Shown: positions 10,926 through 21,777, counted from the first letter of the stretch. The stretch is 64,000 nt of DNA from an uncultured Candidatus Rokubacteria bacterium (GCA_963747235.1 CAVVEU010000004.1:96001-160000); one strand, 5' to 3'. Numbers and translations are program-made. The notes: generated by a model from the sequence alone, not told the origin.

Positions 10926-11312
10926 TCAGCGGGTCGGGGCGGGCGGCGGGGGCGGAGGCGGCGGCGGCCCGGCCGGGGGCAGCGGGATGCGCGCGGGCGC
11001 GGTGCCCGGCGCGGCGGCGGGCGGGTCGCCGCAGCGGAACACCTCGGCGTAGATCACGGAGAGGTCCTCGGTGCCGCCGAAGGCCATGACCGCGGTGTTG
11101 CCGCCCATCTTCACGATCTTGCGCCGCAGGTCCTTGACGGAATCGTCGCGCACGGGGCCGATGCGCGAGCAGCCCTGGGTCAAGCCGGGCTCGGTGGTGA
11201 GCCGCACCCGCGCCATCGCGATCTTCTCCGCGTCCTGGGCGTCCGCCGGTCCCGCCAGCGCCGTGGTCATCAGCAGCAGCGCTCCCGCCACGCCCGTCGC
11301 CTGCCTGTTCAT
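10926..11312 (-). CDS. Secreted hypothetical protein with Pro-rich tail
   Basis: GGGAG RBS; signal peptide ending ADA; GCSRIG..MGGNT..FRC. Confidence 0.65.
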   Translation of the reverse strand: MNRQATGVAGALLLMTTALAGPADAQDAEKIAMARVRLTTEPGLTQGCSRIGPVRDDSVKDLRRKIVKMGGNTAVMAFGGTEDLSVIYAEVFRCGDPPAAAPGTAPARIPLPPAGPPPPPPPPPAPTR

Positions 11313-11349
11313 GGCCGTCTCCCGGTTCCTGCTATATGCTGTGTTCGCC

Positions 11350-12684
11350 ATGATACTTCGGATGCTCCTGGTCGCGGTGTCAGTCCTCATGGCCGGCCCC
11401 GCGGCCGCTCAGCAGCCGGTGCAGACGCCCCTGCTGCTCATGATCTCGATCGACGGGCTCCGGCCCGACTACGTGACCGCCGCCGACGCGCACGGCGCGA
11501 AGATCCCGAACCTGCGCCGCTTCCTGAAAGAGGGCGCCTTCGCCCAGGGCGTGGTGGGCGTGATCCCCACCGTCACGTATCCGAGCCACACGACGCTCAT
11601 CACCGGCGTGTCGCCGGCCACCCACGGGATCTTCGCCAATCTCACGTTCGACCCGCTGCGCGAGAACCAGCAGGGCTGGTACTGGTACAGCGAGGACATC
11701 CGGGTGGCCACCCTCTGGGACGCGGCGGCCCGCGCCGGGCTCAGCACCGCCAGCGTGCAGTGGCCGGTCAGCGTGGGCGCGCGCGTGACCTGGAACATTC
11801 CCGAGTTCTGGCGGTCGGGCGCGCCCGACGACGCCAAGCTGCTGCGGGCGGTGTCCACGCCGGGCCTGCTCGCCGAGCTCGAGCCGGAGCTGGGTCCCTA
11901 TCCGCGCGCGCTCACCGTGGAGTCGGACGAGCAGCGCGCGCGGTACGCGGCGCGCATCCTCGAGAAGAAGCGGCCGAATCTCATGACGCTCCACCTCATC
12001 GCGCTCGATCACGTGCAGCACGTCACGGGGCCGTTCACCGCCGAGACCATGGCGGTGCTCGAGCGCCTCGACACCCTCGTGGGCACGCTGCGCACCACCG
12101 CGGAGACGGTGGCGCCGGGGGGCGCCCACGTCGCCATCGTGTCGGACCACGGCTTCGGCAAGACCGCGATGGAGCTCAACCTGTACGCCGAGCTCCGCCG
12201 CGCGGGGCTGGTCACGGTGAGCGGCGGCAAGGTCACCGACTGGAAGGCGATGCCGTGGACGGCCGGCGGCGCGATCGCGGTGGTGCTGAAAGACCCGGGT
12301 GACGCGGCCACCCTGGCGACGGTGCGCGCCCTGCTCGACCGCCTGGCCGCCGACCCCGCTCACGGGATCGACCGCGTGCTGGACGCGGCCGCGCTCCGCG
12401 CCCGGGGCGGATTCCCCACCGCCGCGTTCCTCGTCGGGCTCAAGCCGGACTGGCACGCGGGCTCGAGCCTGACCGGCCCGCTGGTGGGCAAGGCGGCGAT
12501 GGCGGGCACGCACGGCCATCTGCCGGACCTGCCCGACCTGCACGCGTCCTTCTTCGTGGTCGGGCCCGGCGTGCCGGCCGGCCGGGCGCTCGGCCTCATC
12601 GACATGCGTGACATCGCGACGACGCTCGCCCGCCGTCTCAACCTCTCGCTGCCCGCCGCCGAGGGCAAGGAGCTCTGGCCGTGA
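11350..12684 (+). CDS. Alkaline phosphatase superfamily nucleotide pyrophosphatase/phosphodiesterase
   Basis: ISIDGLR, PTVTYPSHTTLITG, DHVQH, VSDHG, GTHG; signal peptide. Confidence 0.92.
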   Translation: MILRMLLVAVSVLMAGPAAAQQPVQTPLLLMISIDGLRPDYVTAADAHGAKIPNLRRFLKEGAFAQGVVGVIPTVTYPSHTTLITGVSPATHGIFANLTFDPLRENQQGWYWYSEDIRVATLWDAAARAGLSTASVQWPVSVGARVTWNIPEFWRSGAPDDAKLLRAVSTPGLLAELEPELGPYPRALTVESDEQRARYAARILEKKRPNLMTLHLIALDHVQHVTGPFTAETMAVLERLDTLVGTLRTTAETVAPGGAHVAIVSDHGFGKTAMELNLYAELRRAGLVTVSGGKVTDWKAMPWTAGGAIAVVLKDPGDAATLATVRALLDRLAADPAHGIDRVLDAAALRARGGFPTAAFLVGLKPDWHAGSSLTGPLVGKAAMAGTHGHLPDLPDLHASFFVVGPGVPAGRALGLIDMRDIATTLARRLNLSLPAAEGKELWP

Positions 12685-12735
12685 TCCCCGAGTCGGCCGG
12701 GTTCGTCCCCTCGATGTGAGGGGAGACGCGCCCCT

Positions 12736-13042
12736 CTACCGGGCGCGCCAGTACCCCTCCACCCACACGAACGCGCCCTCGCGCGGCATCCAGCCGCCCG
12801 GCACCCACACGAGCCCCGGGGAGGGCGGCACGTCCCAGCGCCCCGGCACCCACACGTAGCGCTCGTGATGCCACGACCACTGGCCGGGCACCCAGACGTG
12901 CGCGCGCGTGGGCGCCACCGGCGCGATCTCGGCCCGCCGCGGCGGCTGCGGCGGCGGGCGCTTGACCACGCCGGGCTGGGTGGCCGCGCAGCCCGCCAGG
13001 AGCAGCGCGACGACCGCGGCCGCTAGTGCCCGGATGACGACG
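12736..13042 (-). CDS. WXXGXW (YXWGXW) repeat lipoprotein; start codon uncertain
   Basis: In-frame upstream AAVVALLLAGC lipobox; VWVPGQW, VWVPGRW, VWVPGGW, VWVEGYW repeats. Confidence 0.82.
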
Positions 13043-13060
13043 GCGCGCTCTCCCGCGCGG

Positions 13061-13477
13061 CTAGCGGCTCGGGGCGGTCGGCCGCCCGACGATCCGCGTG
13101 GTGGAGACTTCCGTCCACGTGTAGTACCACCCCTCGTAGATCATGATCTGCAGCGAGCTGTCCTGCTTCTCGTAGACCTGGGTCGTGCCCTTGGAGGACG
13201 ACGTGGTGGAGGAGACGTGGCGCCAGCCGTTGGCCTCGAGCGAGGCCCGGTAGGCGAGCGCGAGGCTCTCCGGCCTGATCCGGCTCTTGTAGAAGAGGCG
13301 GGCCGCCTTCACGGTCGGCGACTCGATGATGGTGGTCCGGCTCTGGTCCAGGGTGAGGCCGGCGGGAACCGGAACGTCCTCGAACTCGCTGCGCTGCCGC
13401 GCCGGTCCGGACGAGGAGGCGCACGACGCCAGGGTGAGCCCGAGCGTGCACACGATGAGGACACGTGACATTGACAT
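13061..13477 (-). CDS. Lipoprotein of unknown function
   Basis: MSMSRVLIVCTLGLTLASC lipobox; FEDVPVP..LEANGW; GGGAGG RBS. Confidence 0.75.
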   Translation of the reverse strand: MSMSRVLIVCTLGLTLASCASSSGPARQRSEFEDVPVPAGLTLDQSRTTIIESPTVKAARLFYKSRIRPESLALAYRASLEANGWRHVSSTTSSSKGTTQVYEKQDSSLQIMIYEGWYYTWTEVSTTRIVGRPTAPSR

Positions 13478-13561
13478 GGAGGTGACCTCCCATTGGGGCC
13501 GCGAGTAGTGTGGCATCCCCATTCTATGCACGAGCGGCCGGACTTTTGTAGTATGGGCTCG

Positions 13562-14789
13562 ATGACGCGCCGCGGTCTCCTGGCCCTCGTCCTTCTCGGC
13601 GCGGCCGCGCTCGTCCCGGGCGGCTGCGGCGGCGACAAGCCCCAATCCATCAAGGTGGTCATCGCGGAGTACAGCCGCGACCACACCCGCGCGTTCTGGC
13701 AGGCCCTGGCCGAGCAGTACACCAAGCAGACCGGCGTCAAGGTGGACCTGCAGGTGATCGACTGGAACTCCATCGATCAGCAGGTCAGCACCATGATCCA
13801 GAACAACCAGCCGCCCGACGTGCTCAACCTGAACTCGTTCTCGAGCTACGCCAAGGACGGCCTCCTCTACACGGGCGACGAGGCCCTGTCGCCGAAGACG
13901 CGGGACGATTTCCTCGAGGCCTTCGCGCGGGGCGGCACCTATCGCGACAAGCTCTACGGCTTCCCGATCCTGGCCAGCGCGCGCGCCTTCTTCTACAACC
14001 GCGACCTGCTCGCCCGAGCCGGGAGTGGCCGCGCCGCCGCGCACGTGGGACGAGTTCGTGCAGGCCGCGAAGCGGGTGCAGGCGCTGGGGGGCGGGACCA
14101 TCGGCTACGCGCTGCCGCTCGGGCCCGAGGAGGCGCAGGCCGAGTGGTCCATCTGGATGTGGAACAACGGCGGCGACTGGAAGGCCGGCGAGACGTGGGC
14201 CATCAACAGCGAGAAGAACGTGCAGACGCTCCAGTTCCTCGCCGCGCTCGCCAATACCCACAAGGTCACCCAGATCAACCCGGGCAAGACCAACCGCACC
14301 GACGGCGCGTTCCAGCTCTTCAAGGACGGCAAGGTCGGCATGGTGATGGGCTTCAGCCCGCTCGCCGCGCAGCTGGACGTCGAGAAGAAGGTGAGCTACG
14401 GCGTCACCCAGATGCCGACCAACGTGGGGGCGCCGGTGACGCTCGGGGTCGAGGACTACCTCATGGCCTTCAAGAAGAAGGGCAACCAGGAGGCGGTGCG
14501 CCAGTTCCTCGACCTCTACTACCAGCCCGAGCAGATCACCCGCTGGATCACCGCGGAGGGCTTCCTGCCCGTGACCAAGTCGGGCCGCGAGCGCATGAGC
14601 GGCAACGAGAAGCTCAAGCCGTACCTCGACGCGCTGCCGAGCGCGCGCCTGGCGCCCACCACCGATCCCACCTGGGACAAGGTGAAGCTCGACGTCCAGC
14701 AGAGCATCGGGGCGGCCGTCCAGCCGGGCGGCGACCCGAAGCAGGTCCTCGACCGCCTCCAGAAGAACGCGGCGGAGAGCGCTCGCTGA
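13562..14789 (+). CDS. Carbohydrate ABC transporter substrate-binding lipoprotein (frameshift near 14022)
   Basis: Lipobox PGGC; PPDVL, FFYNRDL, PRTWDEF, FKDGKVGM. Confidence 0.9.
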
Positions 14790-15679
14790 CGGGCTCGCGC
14801 CCACGGGGCCCGGGCGCGGGCCGGGCGCTCCTGTGGCTCGGCCCGAGCCTCCTCCTGATCGCGGGGGTGGTGATCTACCCCGCGGTCGAGCTGGTCCGCG
14901 CCTCCCTCGGCCGCTACTCGATCACCGGCCTCTACCAGGGCGCGGTGGGCCTGCGCAACTACACGCGCCTGCTCGAGCAGGAGGCGCTGCCGGCGGTGGC
15001 CGCGAACACCGTGGTCTGGGTCGCGATGGTGGTGGCGATCACGATCGCGCTCTCGCTCGGGCTGGCCCAGCTCCTGAACGAATCCTTCCCGGGCCGCCGG
15101 CTGGTGCGGTGGGCGCTCATCGTGCCGTGGGCCGCCTCGCTCATCATGACCTCGAAGCTCTTCGTGTGGCTCTACGACTACTACTTCGGCCTGCTCAACC
15201 GCGTGACCGGCGCGGCGGGCCTGGCGCCGCTCGACTGGCTCGGCGACGACCGCACCGTGATGGGCGCGATGATCGCGGTGGGCGTGTTCGTGTCGCTGCC
15301 GTTCACGACCTACGTCCTGCTCGCGGGGCTCCAGACCATTCCGGGCGAGGTCTACGAGGCGGCGCGGGTGGACGGGGCGGCGGGCTGGCGCAGCTACCGG
15401 CTGATCACGCTGCCCCTGCTGCGGCCCGCGCTGCTGGTGGCCGCGGTGCTGAACCTGATCTACGTGTTCAACTCCTTCCCGATCGTGTGGACGCTCAACG
15501 ACCGTAACCCCGGCTTCGCCCACGACACCATGATCACGTTCATGTACAAGATCGCGTTCAAGAGCGCGCTGCGCGACGTGGGCCTGGCCGCCGCGCTCGG
15601 CGTGGTCAACGTGCTGCTGATCCTGGTCGCGGTCGTCGCCTACCTGCGGGTGGCGCGGTGGCGGGAGGAGCCGGTCTGA
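14786..15679 (+). CDS. Carbohydrate ABC permease (MalF/UgpA type); start approximate
   Basis: VGLRNY, multiple TM segments, EAA motif YEAARVDGA. Confidence 0.9.
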   Translation: MTGSRPRGPGAGRALLWLGPSLLLIAGVVIYPAVELVRASLGRYSITGLYQGAVGLRNYTRLLEQEALPAVAANTVVWVAMVVAITIALSLGLAQLLNESFPGRRLVRWALIVPWAASLIMTSKLFVWLYDYYFGLLNRVTGAAGLAPLDWLGDDRTVMGAMIAVGVFVSLPFTTYVLLAGLQTIPGEVYEAARVDGAAGWRSYRLITLPLLRPALLVAAVLNLIYVFNSFPIVWTLNDRNPGFAHDTMITFMYKIAFKSALRDVGLAAALGVVNVLLILVAVVAYLRVARWREEPV

Positions 15680-16491
15680 GCCGCCGGCTCGCCCTGAGCG
15701 CGGCGGGGTGGCTGCTCGCCGCGGCGCTGCTGGCGCCCTACGCGGTGATGCTGCTCACCGCGCTCAAGCCGGAGGCCGAGCTGCGCGTCAGCCCGCCGCG
15801 CCTGCTGCCGCTCGAGTGGCGGCCGCAGAACTTCTGGACGGTGCTGCGCGACCCGGAGTTCCAGTCCTGGCTCACCGTCTCGCTGGTGGTGGCCGTCGTG
15901 TCCACGCTGCTGGTGCTGGTGGCCGCGGTGCCCGCCGCGTACCACACCGCGCGCCACCGCTTCCCGGGCCGCGCCGCCTTCCTGTTCCTGGTCCTGGTGA
16001 CCCAGATGTTCGCGCCCACCGCCCTGGTCGTCGGCCTCTACCGCGAGTTCTTCGACCTCGGCCTGATCAACACCTACGCCGCGCTCATCGCGGTCAACGC
16101 GGCCTTCAACCTGGCCTTCGCGATCTGGATCCTCCGCGCCTTCTTCGCCTCCATCCCCCGCGAGATCGAGGAAGCCGCCGCCGTCGACGGCTGCGGAGCC
16201 GCGGGCACCCTCTTCCGCATCATCCTCCCGGTGGCGACGCCCGGCATCGTGACCGCGGCCATCTTCGCCTTCATCGCCGCCTGGAACGAATACATCGTCG
16301 CCCTGACCCTGATGACCGACGCCTCCATGCGCCCCCTCACCGTCGGCATCACCTCCTACGTCACCGCCTACGTCCAGCACTGGGACCTGCTCTTCGCGGC
16401 CTCGACGATCGCCATCGTCCCAGTCGTCATCCTCTTCGCCCTGATCGAGCCCTACCTGGTCGGCGGCCTGACCGCCGGAAGCGTGAAGTAG
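15658..16491 (+). CDS. Carbohydrate ABC permease (MalG/UgpE type)
   Basis: EEAAAVDGC, AAWNEY, GLTAGSVK end. Confidence 0.9.
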   Translation: MAGGAGLSRRLALSAAGWLLAAALLAPYAVMLLTALKPEAELRVSPPRLLPLEWRPQNFWTVLRDPEFQSWLTVSLVVAVVSTLLVLVAAVPAAYHTARHRFPGRAAFLFLVLVTQMFAPTALVVGLYREFFDLGLINTYAALIAVNAAFNLAFAIWILRAFFASIPREIEEAAAVDGCGAAGTLFRIILPVATPGIVTAAIFAFIAAWNEYIVALTLMTDASMRPLTVGITSYVTAYVQHWDLLFAASTIAIVPVVILFALIEPYLVGGLTAGSVK

Positions 16492-16503
16492 CCGGAACAG
16501 CGG

Positions 16504-16538
16504 CCCCTCACCCTGCCCTCTCCCCAGAGGGGAGAGGG
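16504..16538 (+). repeat. REP-like palindromic repeat, copy 1
   Basis: CCCCTCACCCTGCCCTCTCCCCAGAGGGGAGAGGG; exact reverse complement at 37262-37296. Confidence 0.85.
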
Positions 16539-16560
16539 AGGAGTGGAAGAACCACGCGGG

Positions 16561-16724
16561 AGGCCGGACGCGGGCGGGGTGGCGGGGGGTGGGGCGGCTG
16601 ACCCGTTCCCCGCCAACGAACGCCGGAGCCGAGCCATCCCGGATTGGGAACTCCTCCCGCGAGCAGGCGAGAAAGCGGGTCGTGGTCAGAGCCCCACCCC
16701 CCGCCACCCCGCCCGGGTCCGGCC
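16561..16724. repeat. Long inverted-repeat element (about 33-bp arms, one mismatch), MITE-like or structured RNA-like
   Basis: GGCCGGACGCGGGCGGGGTGGCGGGGGGTGGGGC ... GCCCCACCCCCCGCCACCCCGCCCGGGTCCGGCC. Confidence 0.75.
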
Positions 16725-16729
16725 GCGGC

Positions 16730-17575
16730 GCAGCCCTTGACGGCCCCCGCGGTGAGCCCGGCGACGTAGTACTTCACGAAGAACGAGTAGATGAGGGCGA
16801 CGGGGATGGAGCCCAGGAGCGCCCCGGCCATGAGCTGGCCCCAGTAGAAGGCGTCGCCTCGGATCAGCTCGCCGACCACGCCGACCGGCACGGTGCGCAC
16901 GCTCGACTTGGTGAGGAAGAGCAGTGCGTAGAGGAACTCGTTCTGCGACAGCGTGAAGGCGAAGATGCCGGCGGAGAGGAAGCCGGGCAGGCAGAGCGGC
17001 AGGATGATCCGCGTCATGGCGCGCCAGCGGCTGGCGCCGTCGATCATGGCCTGCTCTTCGAGCTCCTTCGGTACCGTCTTGAAGTAGCCCATCAGGAGCC
17101 AGGCGATGAAGGGCACGAGCAGCGTCGGATAGGTCAGCATCACGGCGGTGAGTGTGTTGCCGAGCTTCAGCCGGCCGATGAGATCGGCCATCGGCACGAA
17201 GAGCAGCGTCTGGGGGATCAGATAGGTGATGGCCACCGTGATGGCCAGCAGCGCCGAGCCGCGAAACCGCATGCGCGCCAGGGGGTAGGCGAGCATGCTC
17301 CCGAGCAGGAGCGAGATGAACGTCGCGATCATGGCCACCAGCATGGTGTTGCCGACCCACATCAGGAAGTTGGTCTCCTTGAGGAGGTCGATGTAGTGCA
17401 CCAGCGATGGGTGCTGGATCATCAGAGGGCTGGCCTTCGGGTTGTACAGCTCGGCATTGGTCTTGAGCGACGTGGCCGCCATCCAGGTGAACGGAAACAG
17501 CGCGATCACGACGAACCCCACCAGCGGCAGCCAGAGGCCGAAGAGGCGCTTGCGCCAGGTCAGCTCGCCGACCAT
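16730..17575 (-). CDS. Carbohydrate ABC permease (MalG type); stop apparently lost after AGAVKG
   Basis: EEQAMIDGA; paralog at 19995 ends AGSVKS*, so read-through to 16508 is artefactual. Confidence 0.88.
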
Positions 17576-17593
17576 TCGCTCATTCTCTGGCGC

Positions 17594-18532
17594 TCAGTCC
17601 TTGCGCACGTAGAAGGTGAGGAGCACCAGCAGGAGACCCAGGACCGGCACCATGCTGAGCGCCACCGCGGAGCCGAGCCCCATCTGGCCCGCGCCCATGC
17701 TCAGGCTGTAGGCGTACGTCGCCATGAGGTGCGTGGAGTTGGCGGGCCCGCCGCCGGTGAGCACGTAGACGAGCTGGAAGTCGAAGAAGGTGATGACGAT
17801 CGAGAACGTGGTCACGATGAAGATCACGGGCAGGAGCGAGGGCAGCGTGACGTACCGGAAGCGACCCCAGGTGCCCGCGCCGTCGATGGTCGCCGACTCG
17901 TGCAGCTCGACGGGGATGGTCTGCAGCCCCGCGAGGATCGAGATGCCGAAGAAGGGCAGACCGCGCCACGTGTTGACCATGATGATGGAGATCATGGCCA
18001 TCGTCGGGTTGCCGAGCCAGGACGGCCCCGTCGTGGCCAGCCCGCTCACCACCAGCAGACGGTTGAACAGGCCCATGCCGGGGTCCAGGATCCACTGCCA
18101 GGCCACGGTGCTGAGCACCGTGGGCACGATGAACGGGAGCAGGAGCATCGCGCGCGTGGCGGCCTTCATCCGGAAGTCCTGGTTCATGACGAGCGCCATG
18201 CCGAGCCCGCCGGAGGCCTTCAGGATGGTCGCGACCCCGGTGAAGATGATCGTGTTCCGCACCGATTGCCAGAAGATCGGGTCGTTGTAGAGCTTGACGA
18301 AGTTGTCGAAGCCGACGTAGGTGGCGGCGCGGGCCACCTCCTTGTGGAAGAAGCTCAGGTACACGCCGTAGACGAACGGGTAGCCCAGGAACAGCAACAG
18401 GAACAGCACGGGTGGCGTGAGCATGAGCCAGGAAAATACGGACTCGCGCTCGAGAAACGCGGCCAGCCGGAAGGGCAGGCGGGCGGGCGCCGGTAGCGCG
18501 CCCGCCCGCGAGACCTCGAGAATCTTGCTCAT
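17594..18532 (-). CDS. Carbohydrate ABC permease (MalF type)
   Basis: MSKILEV start; VGFDNF, WRGLPF, HESATIDGA, LTGGGPANST. Confidence 0.9.
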   Translation of the reverse strand: MSKILEVSRAGALPAPARLPFRLAAFLERESVFSWLMLTPPVLFLLLFLGYPFVYGVYLSFFHKEVARAATYVGFDNFVKLYNDPIFWQSVRNTIIFTGVATILKASGGLGMALVMNQDFRMKAATRAMLLLPFIVPTVLSTVAWQWILDPGMGLFNRLLVVSGLATTGPSWLGNPTMAMISIIMVNTWRGLPFFGISILAGLQTIPVELHESATIDGAGTWGRFRYVTLPSLLPVIFIVTTFSIVITFFDFQLVYVLTGGGPANSTHLMATYAYSLSMGAGQMGLGSAVALSMVPVLGLLLVLLTFYVRKD

Positions 18533-18534
18533 CC

Positions 18535-19833
18535 CTACCCGTAGATGGTCTTGAGCTGCTTCACGGCCTCCGCGATGGCCGCCTTGACCGGCGTGCCCGT
18601 GCAGGCCTTGGTGAACATGTCGATCACGATCCAGCGATTGACCACTTCGCCGTGCTGGCGGTTGGCGGGCGCCGGCCAGGACGTGAGCTTGCCTGTCTCG
18701 AGCACCTTCTGGAACGGCTTGACACGCGGCTCGATGTCCCACTCGGGCACCTTGTCGAAGGCGTGCAGATACGGAGCGAAGTACATGTCGCCCGAGGCGA
18801 TCCAGGGCCGGTACTGCTTCGGGTCCATCATCCAGCGGAGGAAATCCTTGGCCGCCTGGGGGTCCTTGCTGTGGGCGAACACGCCGTGCGTCACGGGCAC
18901 GAGGGCGTGGTAGCGCTGGCCGGTGGGGCCCTTGGGATTGAGGCCGTGCTCGATCACCTTGCCCATCTCGGGCAGGTCGCGCTTGGCCGAGACCATGATG
19001 CTGTAGGCGTTGTTGGTGCACGAGATCTGGCTGGTCAGGAAGGCCTTGTTGTTGGCCGGATCCAGCCACCCGAGGCAGTCTTCGATGCACGCTTCCTTGT
19101 AGAGCCGCTTGACGTACTCCACGGCCTTCGCGGTCTCGTTGGTGTCGAGCGCCACCTTCTTGCCGTCCTTGTCCATGACCGTCACCCCGTAGGACCACAG
19201 CAGGGGGTAGAGCCAGGAGTAGTTGTCCGCGAATCCATGCCCCATGGACATGCCGAACGGATGGCCCTTGGCCTTGAGCTTGATGCCGGCTTCCAGGAAC
19301 TCGTCCCAGGTCTCGGGGAAGCTCTTGACCCCGACCTCGTCGAACCAGTCCTTCCGGTAGTTCATCAGCTGGCCGATGTTCCCGTTGGGCACGGACTTCC
19401 ACTTCCCCTTGTCCACGGACAGGCGCTTGATCTCGTCGTACCAGCCGCCCTGCTGCTTGCCCACTTCCTCGGCGATGTCGGACACGTCCACCAGGGCATC
19501 GCGATAGAGCCACTCCTGCTGCACCCAGGCCAGGTCGGCGCCGGCCTTGTTCTCGACCATGGAGACGAGCTGGGGCACCGCGCTGCCGCCCGCGGCCTGG
19601 ACCTGGTAGTCGATCTTGATGCCGGTGGCCTTTTCGTAGGCCGGCGCCATCACGTTCTGGAAGTGCACGTCGAAGTTCTTCACGTAGGAGCTCTCACGCG
19701 CGAACGTGATGGATACCGGCTTGGCCTGGGCATTGCGGGAGACCCAGGGCCCTGCGGCGACCCCGGCGGCCCCGGCGGCGGCCAGCTTCAGGAAGCTACG
19801 ACGGGTGGCCTTCGACTGTGTGGGCTGTGCCAT
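18535..19833 (-). CDS. Tat-exported carbohydrate-type ABC substrate-binding protein
   Basis: TRRSFLK twin-arginine signal; YRKDWF, FPETWDEF, NPKGP. Confidence 0.9.
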   Translation of the reverse strand: MAQPTQSKATRRSFLKLAAAGAAGVAAGPWVSRNAQAKPVSITFARESSYVKNFDVHFQNVMAPAYEKATGIKIDYQVQAAGGSAVPQLVSMVENKAGADLAWVQQEWLYRDALVDVSDIAEEVGKQQGGWYDEIKRLSVDKGKWKSVPNGNIGQLMNYRKDWFDEVGVKSFPETWDEFLEAGIKLKAKGHPFGMSMGHGFADNYSWLYPLLWSYGVTVMDKDGKKVALDTNETAKAVEYVKRLYKEACIEDCLGWLDPANNKAFLTSQISCTNNAYSIMVSAKRDLPEMGKVIEHGLNPKGPTGQRYHALVPVTHGVFAHSKDPQAAKDFLRWMMDPKQYRPWIASGDMYFAPYLHAFDKVPEWDIEPRVKPFQKVLETGKLTSWPAPANRQHGEVVNRWIVIDMFTKACTGTPVKAAIAEAVKQLKTIYG

Positions 19834-19928
19834 GCATTTCCCCTTGTAGGTGGCGTGTATTGCCATTGGCTCCTGCGCGATGCCAGATCAGTGCCCCAAG
19901 GATATCAGCCGGTTGAGGCGTGTGCGGA

Positions 19929-19958
19929 ACTTTAGGCTGGGCGCCCCGGCCGTGTCAA
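19929..19958 (-). promoter_or_regulatory. Sigma70-type promoter for the ABC cassette at 19833
   Basis: TTGACA-N18-TAAAGT on the minus strand. Confidence 0.6.
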
Positions 19959-19994
19959 GGCGGCCGCCGCTACGCCGGCCGGAGGGGCGGGACG

Positions 19995-20841
19995 CTAGCT
20001 CTTGACGGACCCCGCGGTGAGCCCGGCCACGTAGTAGTCGACGAAGAAGGAGTAGATGACCGCGACCGGGATGGAGCCGAGCAGCGCCGCCGCCATGAGC
20101 TGCCCCCAGTAGAAGACGTCCCCGCGGATCAGCTCGGTGATCGCGCCCACCGGCACGGTGCGCACCTCGCTCTTGGCGAGGAAGATCAGCGCGTAGAGGA
20201 ACTCGTTCTGGGCCAGGGTGAAGGCGAAGATCCCGGCGGAGAGCAGGCCCGGGGTGGTCAGCGGCAGCACCACGCGCCACATGGCCTGGAAGCGGCTCGC
20301 TCCGTCGATGCGCGCGGCTTCCTCGAGCTCGCGCGGCACGCTCTTGAAGTAGCCCATGAGCAGCCACGCGCAGAACGGGATCAGCAGGGTGGGGTAGGTC
20401 AGCATCACCGCGCTCAGCGTGTTCCCCAGGTCGAGCCGGTTGATGATGTCGGCCATCGGGATGAAGAGGAGCGGCTGGGGCACCAGGTAGGTCGCGGCGA
20501 CCCCGATGGCGACGATCGCGGCGCCGGGGAAGTTCAGGCGGGCGAGCGGGTAGGCGATCATCGCGCCCGAGGACCAGCGAGATCGCGGTGGTGATCACCG
20601 CCACCAGCATGGTGTTGTAGGTCCACAGCAGGAAGTTCGTGTCGGCGAGCAGGTCGTGGTAGTGCTTGAGCGTCGGCTGGTAGACGACCAGCGGCATGAT
20701 CTTGGCGTTGTAGAGCTCCCGGTTCGGCTTGATGGACGCGATGAGCATCCAGTAGAACGGGAACAGCATCACCACCAGGCAGACCAGCACCGGCAGGTAG
20801 ATCCGGAGGATCCGCGAGCCCCAGCCGCGCCCGTCGATCAC
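19995..20841 (-). CDS. Carbohydrate ABC permease (MalG type; frameshift near 20565)
   Basis: GTG 20841 overlaps upstream stop; EEAARIDGA; close paralog of 16730-17575. Confidence 0.9.
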
Positions 20842-21774
20842 GTCTGGCGCCTCAGGTAGAGCGTGAGCGCCACGATCATGACCGCGAGGGCCGGAAGCAT
20901 GGCGAGGGCCGCCGCCGCGCCCATGCCGAGCTGTCCACCCGACATCCCGAGGTCGAAGGCGTAGGTGACGAAGACCTGGGTGGCATTGGCGGGCCCGCCG
21001 TGGGTGAGGGCGTAGACGATCTGGAAGTCGGAGAAGGTGAAGATCACCGAGAACATGGTCACGATGATCAGGATCGGCATGATGATCGGCAGCGTCACGT
21101 GAAGAAACCGCTGTCGAACCGAGGCGCCGTCGATGGCGGCGGCCTCGTAGAGCTCGGGCGAGATCGTCTGTAGCCCGGCCAGGAGGGTGATGCCGTAGAA
21201 GGGGATGCCGCGCCAGGTGTTGACGATGATGATCGCCACCATGGCGAGCGTCTTGTTGCCGAGCCAGGAGAAGCCGCTGCTGACCACGCCGGTATGCACG
21301 AGCACCCAGTTGATGACGCTGAAGGTGGGATCGAAGATCCACATCCAGGCGACCGTGCTGAGGATGGTCGGCACGATGAAGGGCAGGAGCAGGAAGGCGC
21401 GGACGAGACTCCGGCCGCGGAAGTGCTGGTTGATGATGAGGGCCATCGCGAGGCCGCCCAGCAGCTTCAGGATCGTGGTGACGATGGTGTAGACGAAGGT
21501 GTTGCGGGTCACCTGCCAGAACACCGCGTCGTGGGCGAGGGTGATGAAGTTGCCGAGCCCGATGAACACGCCGGGCTTGGCGACCGGCCGATCGTGCAGG
21601 CTCAGCCAGACGCCGTAGAAGAGCGGATAGGCCACGAACGCGAGCAGGAAGAGGACGCCCGGCGCCAGCATGATCCAGCTGAACGCCCCTTCCCGCTCGA
21701 GCACGCCGTGGAAGCAGGCGCGGCCGGACCACGACCGAGGCCGATCGGGCCACCAGGTCGGGCCGGACCGCCAT
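20838..21774 (-). CDS. Carbohydrate ABC permease (MalF type; probable N-terminal frameshift near 21710)
   Basis: IGLGNF, WRGIPF, YEAAAIDGA, LTHGGPANAT. Confidence 0.9.
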
Positions 21775-21777
21775 CGC

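Noticed and set aside
12736-12900. Short repeated DNA units suggesting a CRISPR or tandem array
   Set aside because: They are the coding WXXGXW peptide repeats, with no constant repeat-spacer period and no cas genes.
13493-15679. Apparent binding protein-permease fusion
   Set aside because: The rest of the binding protein is in frame 14025-14789 and the linker is nonsense read-through.
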